Source: Candidatus Methylomirabilota bacterium | Lineage (GTDB): Bacteria > Methylomirabilota > Methylomirabilia > Rokubacteriales > CSP1-6 | Direction of reading: 5' to 3' | Assembly (NCBI GenBank): GCA_036265915.1 | Contig: DATAOC010000020.1 | Coordinates: forward strand, 5,080-69,079 | Length of the DNA: 64,000 nucleotides | Part shown: positions 9,401-17,203 of the stretch, one piece after another | Position numbering within the stretch: position 1 is the first letter of the stretch | How the letters are laid out: each line of letters starts with the position of its first letter | The notes under the pieces: model-generated | Databases searched by the model: none | Told to the model about the DNA's origin: nothing | Seen by the model: the letters and a program-made list of their open reading frames with translations, nothing else | Translations under genes and position numbers: made by a program

Positions 9401-9951
9401 CGACGCCGTCGACGCTGGCCGCAAAGACCGGAGCCGAGACGAGCACAGCGACGACGCGGCACGTTAAGCCCGAGGCGACGCCGGTGGCGAGGGTGCCGGC
9501 GCGCTTCGCGCTGCTCTTCGGACCGTTCGCGTCCGCCGCGGACGCCGAGCGCCTCGAGCGCACGCTCATGCGGGCCGGACACGACAGCGTCCGCACGCGA
9601 GCGGACGGCGGACCGACCCGCTACGCCGTCCTCATCGAGCGGGTGGCCAGCGCGGCCGAGGCGCGCACGATCGGCGCCGTCCTCCGCGAGCAGGGTCTGG
9701 AGACCGTCGTGTCTACGAGCGAGCCGGTCGTCATCCGTGTCGGGGAGCCGCGGGTGCTGCGCGGCGCGGTGGAGCTGGCCGCGCGGGTTCGCAAGGCGGG
9801 CTACCAGGTCCGGGTGGTCGCCCAGCCCGGCGGCGGCGCTGCGTACACGATCCGGCACGGCAGCTTCGCGACGCGTGACGAGGCCGAGGGACGGAGTCGC
9901 GAGCTTGCACGGCTCAGCGTGCCGGTGGCGCAGGTGGTCCAGGTCCGGTAG
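6493..9951 (+). CDS. polysaccharide co-polymerase (Wzz/GumC-like) fused to a BY-type tyrosine autokinase, with a C-terminal TM segment, Pro/Ala-rich region and two SPOR-like domains
   Basis: TM1 is 'MWIIGTTVVTMLVALWLA', followed by a long coiled-coil periplasmic region and TM2 'LVGALLGLMLGLVLAFV'. Kinase motifs are Walker A 'SPTLQEGKTTT', A' 'VLIDTPPILPVTD' and B 'DGVLLVYQAG', with Tyr cluster 'YTYTHYYTHYYGEE'. Then comes TM3 'LLVGVAVAATLGVAATVALW' (about 8804-8870) and roughly 170 aa rich in P/A/S/T. Two SPOR-like units follow: 'RFALLFGPFASAADAERLERTLMRAGHDSVR...YAVLIERVASAAEARTIGAVL' and 'IRVGEPRVLRGAVELAARVRKAGYQVRVV...YTIRHGSFATRDEAEGRSREL'. Confidence 0.85.
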   Translation: MAQYEMNLRDYWLIVRRRRMWIIGTTVVTMLVALWLARQKVPVYQATATVKFEQATSLSGLLVEVLSYSSSDSIETQATLIKSYPVLEEVARRLGRLPPATGEVAVRESRSYQAVLDAIGSKLKTSRLPNTSILEITATSTNSKEARDLANTVAEVYRDYNKQNRNARMTEARKFIEAQLREVDGRVKRAEEEVWAFRDANRVISPGAESTVLLSLFTQVRGDMEKTRQQRTELEELQARLARTDPASMTERVYVETTNPALLRMQTAQTELTMERTQLALEVTDKHPRLRAIDDRLREVRFEMRREIGAQVATLKNREEILGRQMAELMQKNREVPAIELSLQRLQRDAKVNDDLLTLLKTKHQEALIKESEGVEEVALVRPATEPTSPVGGDTLNTMLVGALLGLMLGLVLAFVQETLDTSIGTIEDVESYLDVKVLGIVPHIDPRGTVERLLERRPALAQMDPEALQSHALLITHFDPKSPVAEAYRTLRTNIQFQRMERGGKVLVVTSPTLQEGKTTTIVNLALTMAQSGQKTLLVGANMRRPSIHRFFGIPREPGLSDILVGNARWQDCVRGVADILMGRFEMEDIMASPGLDNLHIIEAGPIPANPSELLSTAAMRDFLHAVSAEYDIVLIDTPPILPVTDSAIVAGQVDGVLLVYQAGKVGRLVLKRAKAHLESARAKVWGIVLNDLQTEISGYTYTHYYTHYYGEETDPDSTSTGVVGRALDFARGKLGLGARRPTTTTVPADTGTAAPVETGAGTPSRFNRTTLLVGVAVAATLGVAATVALWRAGASREADPRAQLRQRLEPPARSGAPAPKSPMKPATPPSAPAPAAPAPAAPPASSAPTTSSTMRPPVLPQASVLALPPAVASTPAPRLAPALTAPPTTTVAPISRAERAAAPSSAIPPAVAPSPITPPAAVPLAAAAPVDVPPAPTPSPVRIGTAITQPSPPAPSVTIVAPPDTPPATPSTLAAKTGAETSTATTRHVKPEATPVARVPARFALLFGPFASAADAERLERTLMRAGHDSVRTRADGGPTRYAVLIERVASAAEARTIGAVLREQGLETVVSTSEPVVIRVGEPRVLRGAVELAARVRKAGYQVRVVAQPGGGAAYTIRHGSFATRDEAEGRSRELARLSVPVAQVVQVR
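8602..8625 (+). repeat. perfect 12-bp tandem duplication (ACGCACTACTAC x2) inside the tyrosine-cluster coding region
   Basis: Read directly: 8602-8613 and 8614-8625 are identical. They encode THYY-THYY within 'YTYTHYYTHYYGEE'. Confidence 0.9.
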
Positions 9952-9956
9952 CGCCG

Positions 9957-11279
9957 GTGGACTCGCCCCTTCTCGTCGGCGCCGCGCTCGTCCTGTTCGT
10001 CCTGTCGTTCGCGCGAACCGAGTTCGGACTCTACGTCGTGGTGTTCTCGATGCTCCTGTCGCCCGAGATCACCGCCGGTGGCGGCGGCCTCGCCGAGCGC
10101 CGCGAGATCACCCTGCGCACCGAGGACTTCGTGCTGATGGTCATCGGGTTCAGCTGGTTCGCCAAGACGGCGGTGAACAAGGAGCTCGGCCTCGTGGCGA
10201 AGACGCCGCTCAACGGCCCCATCGTCGTCTACATCGCCGCCAACATCGTGGCCACGCTGTTCGGCTACCTGCTCGGCACCGTGCGCACCGCCGCCGGCTA
10301 CTTCTACGTGCTCAAGTACATCGAGTACTTCGTCGTCTACTACATGGTCGTCAACAACCTGCGCGACCGCCCGCACGCCCGCCGGCTCATGGCGGCGGCG
10401 ATGCTGACGGCGGCGGTCGTGAGCGTGATCGGCATCACGCAGATCCCGTCGGGCGAGCGCGTGTCGGCGCCGTTCGAGGGGGAAACCGGAGAGCCGAATA
10501 CGTTTGGCGGCTACCTCCTGTTCATGATCGCCCTCGCGGCCGGGATGGCGCTGGAGACGCCGCGGCTCGCGATCCGCACCCGGCTGGTGACCCTCATCGG
10601 CGTCATGGCGCTACCGTTCGCATTCACGCTGTCGCGCGCCTCGTACCTCGGCGTCGTCCCCGCCTTCGTCGCGCTGACGGCGCTCACGACGCGGCGCCGG
10701 GTGATGGTCGGCATCCTCCTCGTCGTGCTCGTGTGCTCGCCGCTCGTGATGCTCGTGGCCCCGAGCGCGGTCGTCAATCGCGTCGCGTACACCTTCCAGC
10801 CCGAGGCCAACCAGCCCACGGTGCGGGTCGGCAAGCTCGGCCTCGATCCGTCGACATCCGCGCGCATTCTCAGTCTCAGCCAGGCGCTCCGTGGGTGGAT
10901 GGAGCGGCCGATCCTCGGCTGGGGCGTCACCGGCTTCGGCTTCATGGACGCGCAGTACGCGCGGGTGCTGGTGGAGACCGGCATCGTGGGGTTCCTCGCG
11001 TTCGTGTGGCTCCTGTGGTCGGTGCTGACGGCGGCGCGCGCGGCGTATCAGCAGCTGCGCGATCCGCTCGATCGCGGCCTCGCCATGGGATTCATCGCCG
11101 GCACGATCGGACTCCTGGCGCACGCGATCGGCTCGAACACGTTCACGATCATCCGGGTGATGGAGCCGTTCTGGCTCTTCGCGGGCATCGTCGTGATGCT
11201 GCCTGTCCTCGTCGGCGAAGAGCCGTCGGTGCCGGGGCCCATCCCGCTGGCGCCGACGGCGGCGCCCGTGCTGCGCTGA
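9957..11279 (+). CDS. O-antigen ligase/polymerase-family (Wzy_C-like) integral membrane protein
   Basis: There are about 10-12 hydrophobic segments. The 'FTLSRASYLGVVPAF' block resembles the Wzy_C 'SRg..l' motif, followed by a large loop with 'ILGWGVTGFGFMDAQY'. It sits directly after the PCP/BY-kinase gene. Confidence 0.7.
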   Translation: MDSPLLVGAALVLFVLSFARTEFGLYVVVFSMLLSPEITAGGGGLAERREITLRTEDFVLMVIGFSWFAKTAVNKELGLVAKTPLNGPIVVYIAANIVATLFGYLLGTVRTAAGYFYVLKYIEYFVVYYMVVNNLRDRPHARRLMAAAMLTAAVVSVIGITQIPSGERVSAPFEGETGEPNTFGGYLLFMIALAAGMALETPRLAIRTRLVTLIGVMALPFAFTLSRASYLGVVPAFVALTALTTRRRVMVGILLVVLVCSPLVMLVAPSAVVNRVAYTFQPEANQPTVRVGKLGLDPSTSARILSLSQALRGWMERPILGWGVTGFGFMDAQYARVLVETGIVGFLAFVWLLWSVLTAARAAYQQLRDPLDRGLAMGFIAGTIGLLAHAIGSNTFTIIRVMEPFWLFAGIVVMLPVLVGEEPSVPGPIPLAPTAAPVLR

Positions 11280-11294
11280 GCGGAGCCGCCGGCG

Positions 11295-11978
11295 ATGCCG
11301 TCGAGCTTCCCGGACGCGCTCTCGATCGTCGCCGCGTGGGTGCAGGCGCTGCGACCGGCCAGCGTTCTCGACGTGGGGATCGGCTTCGGCAAGTACGGCC
11401 TGCTGTTCCGGGAGTACCTCGACATCTCTCCGCGCTCGGAGCGCGGGGAGGCCTACGACGCGCGGGGGCGGCTCGTCCGCATCGACGGCATCGAGGCGCA
11501 CGCGCCGTACATCGGCGCGCTGCAGCGCGCGATCTACGATGACATCCACGTCGGCGAGGCGCTCGCCGTGCTGCCGTCGCTCGGCCGCTACGATCTCGTC
11601 TTCGCCGCCGACGTCCTGGAGCACTTCACGCGCGCGGACGGCGAGCGGTTCCTCGAGGCGGCCGCCGAGCATGCGGCGCTCGGCGTGCTGATCGTCACCC
11701 CCGCTCTCGACCTCGAGCAGGACGACGTGTTCGGCAACCCGTTCGAGCGTCACCAGAGCTTCTGGACCGCGCGCGACTTTGCGGCGCGCCCGGGCGCCGA
11801 CGTGCTGGTGTGGCGTCGCCAGCTGCTGGCGTTCCTGCCGACCGGCGCCGCGCGTCCCGCGCTGCCGCGCACGTCGGTCCGCGAGGCGCTCGGGCAAGCG
11901 GCGAAGGCGGCGCTGACCGGCGTGCTCGGAGCCGGGCGCGCCGAGGCGTTGCTGCAGGCGCGGAGGCGGCACGGATGA
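11295..11978 (+). CDS. class I SAM-dependent methyltransferase
   Basis: Motif I is 'VLDVGIGFGKYG' and the post-II region is 'YDLVFAADVLEHF'. Confidence 0.7.
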   Translation: MPSSFPDALSIVAAWVQALRPASVLDVGIGFGKYGLLFREYLDISPRSERGEAYDARGRLVRIDGIEAHAPYIGALQRAIYDDIHVGEALAVLPSLGRYDLVFAADVLEHFTRADGERFLEAAAEHAALGVLIVTPALDLEQDDVFGNPFERHQSFWTARDFAARPGADVLVWRRQLLAFLPTGAARPALPRTSVREALGQAAKAALTGVLGAGRAEALLQARRRHG

Positions 11979-13468
11979 GGGCGGCGGATGCGCAGGGCGG
12001 CGTCATGTCGGCCATCGTCCGCGGCGGAGCGCTCACGCTCGGCGGCTCCATGGTGGCGCGCGCAGCCTCGATGGCCCAGTCGGTCGTCGTGGCGCGAGGC
12101 CTGGATCCCCATCGCCTCGGCGTCTTCGCGATCGTCAACTATGTCCTCACGCTCGGCGCCGCCGTCGTCGATCTCGGCGTGCCGGTGGCGGCCATGAAGC
12201 TCGTCGCGGAGTATCGAATCGCGCGGCCGGCCGCCGTGCGGCGGATCCTCGGCGTGCTCGCGTGGCTGAGCGTCGCGCTCGCCGGCGCCGGCGCCGTCGC
12301 GCTCGTGGGCGGGGCGGACCTTCTCAGCGCGTTCTATCGCGAGCCCGGCATGACGCCCCTTTTTCGCCTGGCCGCCGCGCTGCTCTTCGTCTCGCTCGTC
12401 GGCGGTTTCCTCACGGGCGTGCTCCAGGGCTTCCGGCGGATCGACACCCTCGCGGCGCTGACACCGGTGAAGGCGGTGGTGGCGCTGGCGGCGACGATCG
12501 TGCTGTTGCCGTCGCTCGGGCTGCTGGGCGTCATCCTCGCGTCCATCATCGCCGAGCTCGTCACCTGGCCGCTGATGGCGCGCCCGCTCCGGTCCGCCGT
12601 CGCCGTGGAGGCCGGCGCCACGACCGAGAGTGTGCCAGCCGGCCTCGTGGTCGCGCGCGCGCTGGCGCTCAGCGTCCCGGTCGTGCTGAACGGGCTCGTC
12701 CTCTGGGGTGGCGCCTGGTTCATCCGCTCGTACCTGGCCCGCGCCGCGGGGTACGAGGCGGTCGGCTACTTCCACGTCGCCGATGCCTCGGCGCGCTTGA
12801 TCCTGCTCCTGCCCTCGGCGCTCGCCGTGCCGTATGTCCCCGCCGTGTCGGAGTCCTCGGCGGTCGGCCGCGATGCCATGCGCTCGATGGTCGAGGGGAC
12901 GCTGCGCGTGACGCTGCTCGTGGTGGCGCCCGCCGGTGTCCTGCTGAGCCTGGCCGCGGAGCCGCTGCTGCGGCTCGTGTACGGGCCCGCGTACGCGGCC
13001 GCCGCTGGCCTGACGTCGATGCTGGTGCTCGCCGCCGGGGTGCAGGCATTCGGTCTGATCATCTGGTCGACGCTCGTCGGTGCTGGACGAACGTGGTCCG
13101 GCTTCGGCATCCAGGCGGCTGCACAGGCGACGCTCATCGCGTTGACGGTCGCGCTCGTGCCGGCACACGGGCTCGTCGGCGTCGGCGTCGCCGCCCTCAC
13201 CGCATCGGTGGGCGGCGCGGTCGTCGGTGTCGCCATCGTGCGCCGCGATCTCGGCATCCGGCTGGCGGCCCTGCGCGGCGCGCTCGCGATCACGCTCGGC
13301 GGCTGGGGCGCGGCGCTGCTCCTGTGGCTGGCCGGCGCCACCGGCTGGATGGAGGCCGTCGCGCTGGCGGCCGCGGTCATCACACTCGAGCTCGGTGAAC
13401 TGTCGGCGGGCGAGCGCCGGTTCATCGCCGGACGCCTCCGGCTGCGCGCCGCGGAGGCCGGCCGGTGA
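11975..13468 (+). CDS. Wzx-type polysaccharide flippase (MOP/PST family)
   Basis: It is a multi-TM protein beginning 'GALTLGGSMVARAASMAQSVVVARGLDPHRLGVFAIV', typical of PST-family flippases. ATG 11975 overlaps the upstream stop (ATGA); an alternative ATG is at 12005. Confidence 0.75.
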   Translation: MRAADAQGGVMSAIVRGGALTLGGSMVARAASMAQSVVVARGLDPHRLGVFAIVNYVLTLGAAVVDLGVPVAAMKLVAEYRIARPAAVRRILGVLAWLSVALAGAGAVALVGGADLLSAFYREPGMTPLFRLAAALLFVSLVGGFLTGVLQGFRRIDTLAALTPVKAVVALAATIVLLPSLGLLGVILASIIAELVTWPLMARPLRSAVAVEAGATTESVPAGLVVARALALSVPVVLNGLVLWGGAWFIRSYLARAAGYEAVGYFHVADASARLILLLPSALAVPYVPAVSESSAVGRDAMRSMVEGTLRVTLLVVAPAGVLLSLAAEPLLRLVYGPAYAAAAGLTSMLVLAAGVQAFGLIIWSTLVGAGRTWSGFGIQAAAQATLIALTVALVPAHGLVGVGVAALTASVGGAVVGVAIVRRDLGIRLAALRGALAITLGGWGAALLLWLAGATGWMEAVALAAAVITLELGELSAGERRFIAGRLRLRAAEAGR

Positions 13469-14790
13469 GCCGTTCGCTGACGAGCTGCCAGCTCTCGATC
13501 GTGATCCCGGCTCTCGACGAAGGCGCCAGCATCGGCGAGCTGGTGCGCCGGCTCGTCGCGGAGACGATGCGGCTCGGCGTCGACTCGGAGATCATCGTCG
13601 TCGACGGCGGGTCGGTGGACGGCACGCCGCGCTGGGCGGCCGAGGCGGGCGCGACGGTCGTGCGGCAGCCCGGGCGGGGCTATGCGGATGCGCTGCTGGC
13701 CGGCATCCGCAACGCGCGCGGGGAGTACGTGGCGACGATGGACGCCGACTACTCGCACGACCCCGACTTCCTGCGCACATTGTGGGCCGCGCGGCACGAC
13801 GCGGAGGTCGTGATCGCTTCGCGCTATGTGGCCGGCGGCTACGCGTACATGCCGCGATTCCGGCGCGTGCTCAGCCGCATCCTGAACGGCGTGAGCCGCT
13901 CCGTGCTCGCGCTGCCGTTTCGCGACCTCTCCAGCGGCTTCCGCCTCTATCGCGCCGACGTCGTCCGCGCGCTGGCCCCCCGGGCGCGGCGCTTCGACGT
14001 CCTGATCGAGATCCTCGCCCGGATTCGCGCGGAGGGCTGGCGGGTGACCGAGGTGCCGTTTCACTACCGCCAGCGTCAGGGCGGTCGCTCGCACGCCGGC
14101 CTCGTGAGCTTCGGCATCGCGTACGCGCGAACGCTGGCCCGCATGTGGGCCCTCCGCAACTCGCTCGAGTCCGCGGATTACGACGATCGCGCGTTCAACT
14201 CGCGGATCCCGATCCAGCGCTTCTGGCAGCGTCGGCGGTACGCGATCGTGCTCGGCATGCTCGGCCACGCCGACGCCGTGCTCGACGTGGGCTGCGGCTC
14301 GTCGAAGATCCTCGAGGCGCTGCCCCACGCCGTTGGCCTCGACCTGAACTTCAAGGCCCTGCGCTTTCGCCGGCAGACGAACCGGCTCGTGGTCACCGGC
14401 GACGCGCGGGTCCTGCCGTTCCGGGACGGCGAGTTCGGCGCCGTCATCTGCTCGGAGATGCTCGAGCACGTGCCGTTCGACGCGCGCATCTTCGACGAGC
14501 TCGCGCGCGTGCTGCGTCCCGGCGGCGTGCTCGTGGTCGGCACGCCGGACTATGGCCGCTGGCAGTGGCCGTTCATCGAATGGTGGTACACGCGTCTGCT
14601 GCCCGGCGCGCACGGCCACGATCACGTGGAGCGCTACACCGAGGCCAGCCTTCGCCGGTGCCTGGCCGAGGCCGGCTTTGTCACCGAGCAGATTCGCTCG
14701 ATCTGGCGGGCGGAGCTGATCCTGAAGTGCAGGAAGCGGCCGGCCGCGGTGGCGGCGACCGCCCCGCCATGGCCCGCAGCGTCTCGGTGA
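13465..14790 (+). CDS. GT2 polyprenol-phosphate glycosyltransferase (Dpm1/ArnC-like) fused to a C-terminal class I methyltransferase domain
   Basis: The N-terminal half has 'LSIVIPALDEGASIGELV', 'IIVVDGGSVDGT' and 'ATMDADYSHDP'. The C-terminal half has 'VLDVGCGSSKILEAL' and 'FGAVICSEMLEHVP'. GTG overlaps the upstream stop (GTGA). Confidence 0.8.
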   Translation: MSRSLTSCQLSIVIPALDEGASIGELVRRLVAETMRLGVDSEIIVVDGGSVDGTPRWAAEAGATVVRQPGRGYADALLAGIRNARGEYVATMDADYSHDPDFLRTLWAARHDAEVVIASRYVAGGYAYMPRFRRVLSRILNGVSRSVLALPFRDLSSGFRLYRADVVRALAPRARRFDVLIEILARIRAEGWRVTEVPFHYRQRQGGRSHAGLVSFGIAYARTLARMWALRNSLESADYDDRAFNSRIPIQRFWQRRRYAIVLGMLGHADAVLDVGCGSSKILEALPHAVGLDLNFKALRFRRQTNRLVVTGDARVLPFRDGEFGAVICSEMLEHVPFDARIFDELARVLRPGGVLVVGTPDYGRWQWPFIEWWYTRLLPGAHGHDHVERYTEASLRRCLAEAGFVTEQIRSIWRAELILKCRKRPAAVAATAPPWPAASR

Positions 14791-15698
14791 TCGTGCCGAC
14801 GTACCGACGCGAGGCGCTGCTGCGCCGCACGCTCGCCGATGTGCTGCGCCTCGACTGGCCGGACCTCGATGTGGTCGTGGTCGACCAGACCGAGACCCAC
14901 GAGGCGGAGACGCGCGACCTGCTGGCGGCCCTCCGCGGCCGCATCCATCACATCCGACACGCGCCACCGGGCGTGGTGGGCGCGCTCAATCGCGGGCTGA
15001 CGGCGGCGCGCGGCGAGATCGCGCTGCTGCTCGACGACGACATCGCGATCAGCGACCGCAGGCTGGTCGCTCACCACGTCGCGAACTACGACGATCCCGC
15101 CGTCGGCGCCGTGGCGGGCCGCGTGCTGGACGCCGGCGATCCGCGCCCCGGAGCCTATGACGCCCGTTCGAGCGACGCCGTGTGGGGATTCTTTCACTCG
15201 CGCTGGGACCACGACACTCGCGCCGACGTGACAACGGCGCCCGGCGCCAACATGTCGGTGCGCCGGCAGCTCGCCCTCCATCTCGGCGGCATCGACGAGC
15301 GTATTCGCGGCAACGGCTTCCGCTGGGAGAACGATCTGTGCCTCACCCTTCGCGCCGCCGGCTTCCGGGTCGTCTACGACCCGGCGCCGGCGGTGCTGCA
15401 CTACTACGGCAGCGCGGGCGGGAACGACAACCGTCACCTGCTCGGCCGTGAGCGCGCCTCGCACGCCTGGTATCGCGACTTCTTCCACAACCACGTCTAT
15501 GTGACGCTCAAGCACCTGCCGCGCGGCACGCTGCCCGTGCTGCTGTGGCGGCTGTACCGCGCGCACGTCCTGAACCGTCCCTTCGTGCGCGAGGGGCCCG
15601 GGTTCGTGGCGGCGCGACACGCCGCGTTCGTGCGTGGCGTGGCCGCGGGACGCGCCAGCGACCGCCGGCGAAAAGCCGTGCGAGGGGCCGCCGCGTGA
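14769..15698 (+). CDS. glycosyltransferase family 2
   Basis: Motifs 'VSVIVPTYRREALL', 'VVVVDQT' and 'LLLDDDI'. ATG 14769 overlaps the upstream gene by 22 nt. Confidence 0.8.
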   Translation: MARSVSVIVPTYRREALLRRTLADVLRLDWPDLDVVVVDQTETHEAETRDLLAALRGRIHHIRHAPPGVVGALNRGLTAARGEIALLLDDDIAISDRRLVAHHVANYDDPAVGAVAGRVLDAGDPRPGAYDARSSDAVWGFFHSRWDHDTRADVTTAPGANMSVRRQLALHLGGIDERIRGNGFRWENDLCLTLRAAGFRVVYDPAPAVLHYYGSAGGNDNRHLLGRERASHAWYRDFFHNHVYVTLKHLPRGTLPVLLWRLYRAHVLNRPFVREGPGFVAARHAAFVRGVAAGRASDRRRKAVRGAAA

Positions 15699-17203
15699 GC
15701 CGGCGCGCCTGGCTGCCGGCCCTCGGCGCGATCCTCGCCGCCGCGCTCGTGCTCCGGCTCGTCTTCTTCGTCGGCTTGACGGGCTGGGACGACCTCGAGT
15801 ATCGCGAGGCGAGCGCGCGGCTCTTCGCCGGCGATCCGGTGCCGCACTCGCTCTTCGGGCTGCGCTGGGGCCTCACGCTGCCGCTCGGCATCGTGCAGGC
15901 GCTCGGTGGCCACGGCGAGCACGCGACGGCGCTGGTGCCGCTGGCGTACTCGCTGGCGGGCATCGTGCTCACCTTCGCGCTCGGGCGGTGGCTCGCCGGT
16001 GAGCGCGCCGGTCTCGCCGCCGCCGCTGTCCTCGCGCTGGTGCCGCTCGACGCGCTCGCGGCCAGCGACCTGCACGCCGACCTGCCGGCCAGCGTGTTCC
16101 TGGCGCTCGCGGCGTACCTGGCCCTGCGCGCCGGGGCGTCGTCGAGGGCGCGCACCTGGCTGGCGCTGGCCGGGGCCTGTGTCGCGGTCGCCACGCTGAC
16201 GAAGGAGTCGTCCCTCGCGTTCGTCCTGGTGCTGCTGGTGTGGGGGATCCGCCGCCGCTGGTCGCCGGCCGCCGGCACGAGCGTCGCGCTCGGGTTCATC
16301 GTTGTCGTCGCCGTGGACACGGCGTGGCTGCGCGTCGCCACCGGCGCCTGGCTCTACCGCCTCTCCCCGGCCATCACGGCGCCACACGCGGCTCACATGC
16401 GGATGACCGTGCCCTCGCACGCGTGGATGGCCGACTACGTCGCGATGTTGCTCGATCCGCGTGCCGGTCACTTCGCCGAGCTCGGCGGTGTCTTCTATCT
16501 CGTCGTTCTCGCCACCGTGGCTGCGCTGGCGGTCCGGGCAGTGATGCTCAGCGACGTGGTCGTGTGGTGGGGGACGCTCCTGGCGGCGCTCAGCCTCGCG
16601 CCGCTGGACGCCTCCTTCACGCGACCGATGTTCGTCCACTTTGCGCGCACGGCGCAGCCGCTGCTGATTCCGTTCGCGCTGACCATCGGCCTCGGGCTCG
16701 CCGCGTGGCGCGGCGGTCGTCTCGTGCCCGCGGCGTTCGCCGGCGGCTTCGCCGTCCTCTGCGCGGCCGGCCTCTGGGCCACCCACTTCGACGGGCGCCA
16801 GTGGGCCGCGGTGGCGCGCCAGGCGGCGCCCGTGATCGAGCGTGCCGCCGATGTCCCGGTGATGACGGATGCGATCACCGCGGCGCTGCTGCGCTCGCTG
16901 CTGTCCGAGCGGCGCGCGCCGGCCGTCACCACGGCCGTGGTGTCCGGGGCGGCGCCCGCGCTGGTGCTCCGCGACCCGCTCTTCATCGCGAGCGCGCTGC
17001 AGCATGAGCGGCCGGTGGCGGCCGCGGTGCTGTCGCCGCCCGCCGAGGCGGAACGCGTGGCCGTGTTCGAGCGCCGTCAGCGGCCACGCCTTCGCGCCTG
17101 GCTCGGCCAGGCCGGCTCGCGATCACCGACGACGGACGCCGCGACGCTGTGGCGGGTGGGCGGAGCCGCCACGGCGGTGCGTACGGCAGAGGCCAGCCGC
17201 TGA
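15695..17203 (+). CDS. GT-C fold glycosyltransferase (ArnT/PMT-like, polyprenyl-phosphate-sugar dependent)
   Basis: The start is a GTGA overlap. The N-terminus 'LVLRLVFFVGLTGWDDLEY' with an early acidic loop, followed by about 10 hydrophobic segments and a C-terminal soluble region, matches the ArnT/PMT_2 family layout. Confidence 0.7.
   Translation: MSRRAWLPALGAILAAALVLRLVFFVGLTGWDDLEYREASARLFAGDPVPHSLFGLRWGLTLPLGIVQALGGHGEHATALVPLAYSLAGIVLTFALGRWLAGERAGLAAAAVLALVPLDALAASDLHADLPASVFLALAAYLALRAGASSRARTWLALAGACVAVATLTKESSLAFVLVLLVWGIRRRWSPAAGTSVALGFIVVVAVDTAWLRVATGAWLYRLSPAITAPHAAHMRMTVPSHAWMADYVAMLLDPRAGHFAELGGVFYLVVLATVAALAVRAVMLSDVVVWWGTLLAALSLAPLDASFTRPMFVHFARTAQPLLIPFALTIGLGLAAWRGGRLVPAAFAGGFAVLCAAGLWATHFDGRQWAAVARQAAPVIERAADVPVMTDAITAALLRSLLSERRAPAVTTAVVSGAAPALVLRDPLFIASALQHERPVAAAVLSPPAEAERVAVFERRQRPRLRAWLGQAGSRSPTTDAATLWRVGGAATAVRTAEASR

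Noticed and set aside
8960-9480. Pro/Ala-rich repetitive DNA (also at 35830-35990 in pal), considered as a possible repeat array, CRISPR or mobile-element remnant.
   Set aside because: - The repeats are imperfect, GC-rich and in-frame.
- They encode low-complexity PAPAP-type linkers inside well-supported ORFs.
- There is no spacer/repeat periodicity.
9957-11279. The possibility that the multi-TM protein after the BY-kinase is the missing exosortase (EpsH).
   Set aside because: - The 'SRASYLG' block followed by a large loop fits the Wzy_C/O-antigen-ligase family.
- I could not find the exosortase-type conserved Cys/Arg/His motif arrangement by eye.
- An HMM search is needed to be certain.
13227-15698. 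Taking the longest ORFs at face value. Examples are the 823-aa ORF 13227-15698, the 1128-aa ORF 26739-30125, the 1034-aa ORF 23140-26244 and the 798-aa ORF 46771-49167.
   Set aside because: - The 5' portions overlap the preceding real genes in another frame and translate to Arg/Pro-rich nonsense.
- Recognisable domains begin only at internal ATG/GTG/TTG codons that sit on the upstream stop codon (14769, 28659, 24361, 48208).
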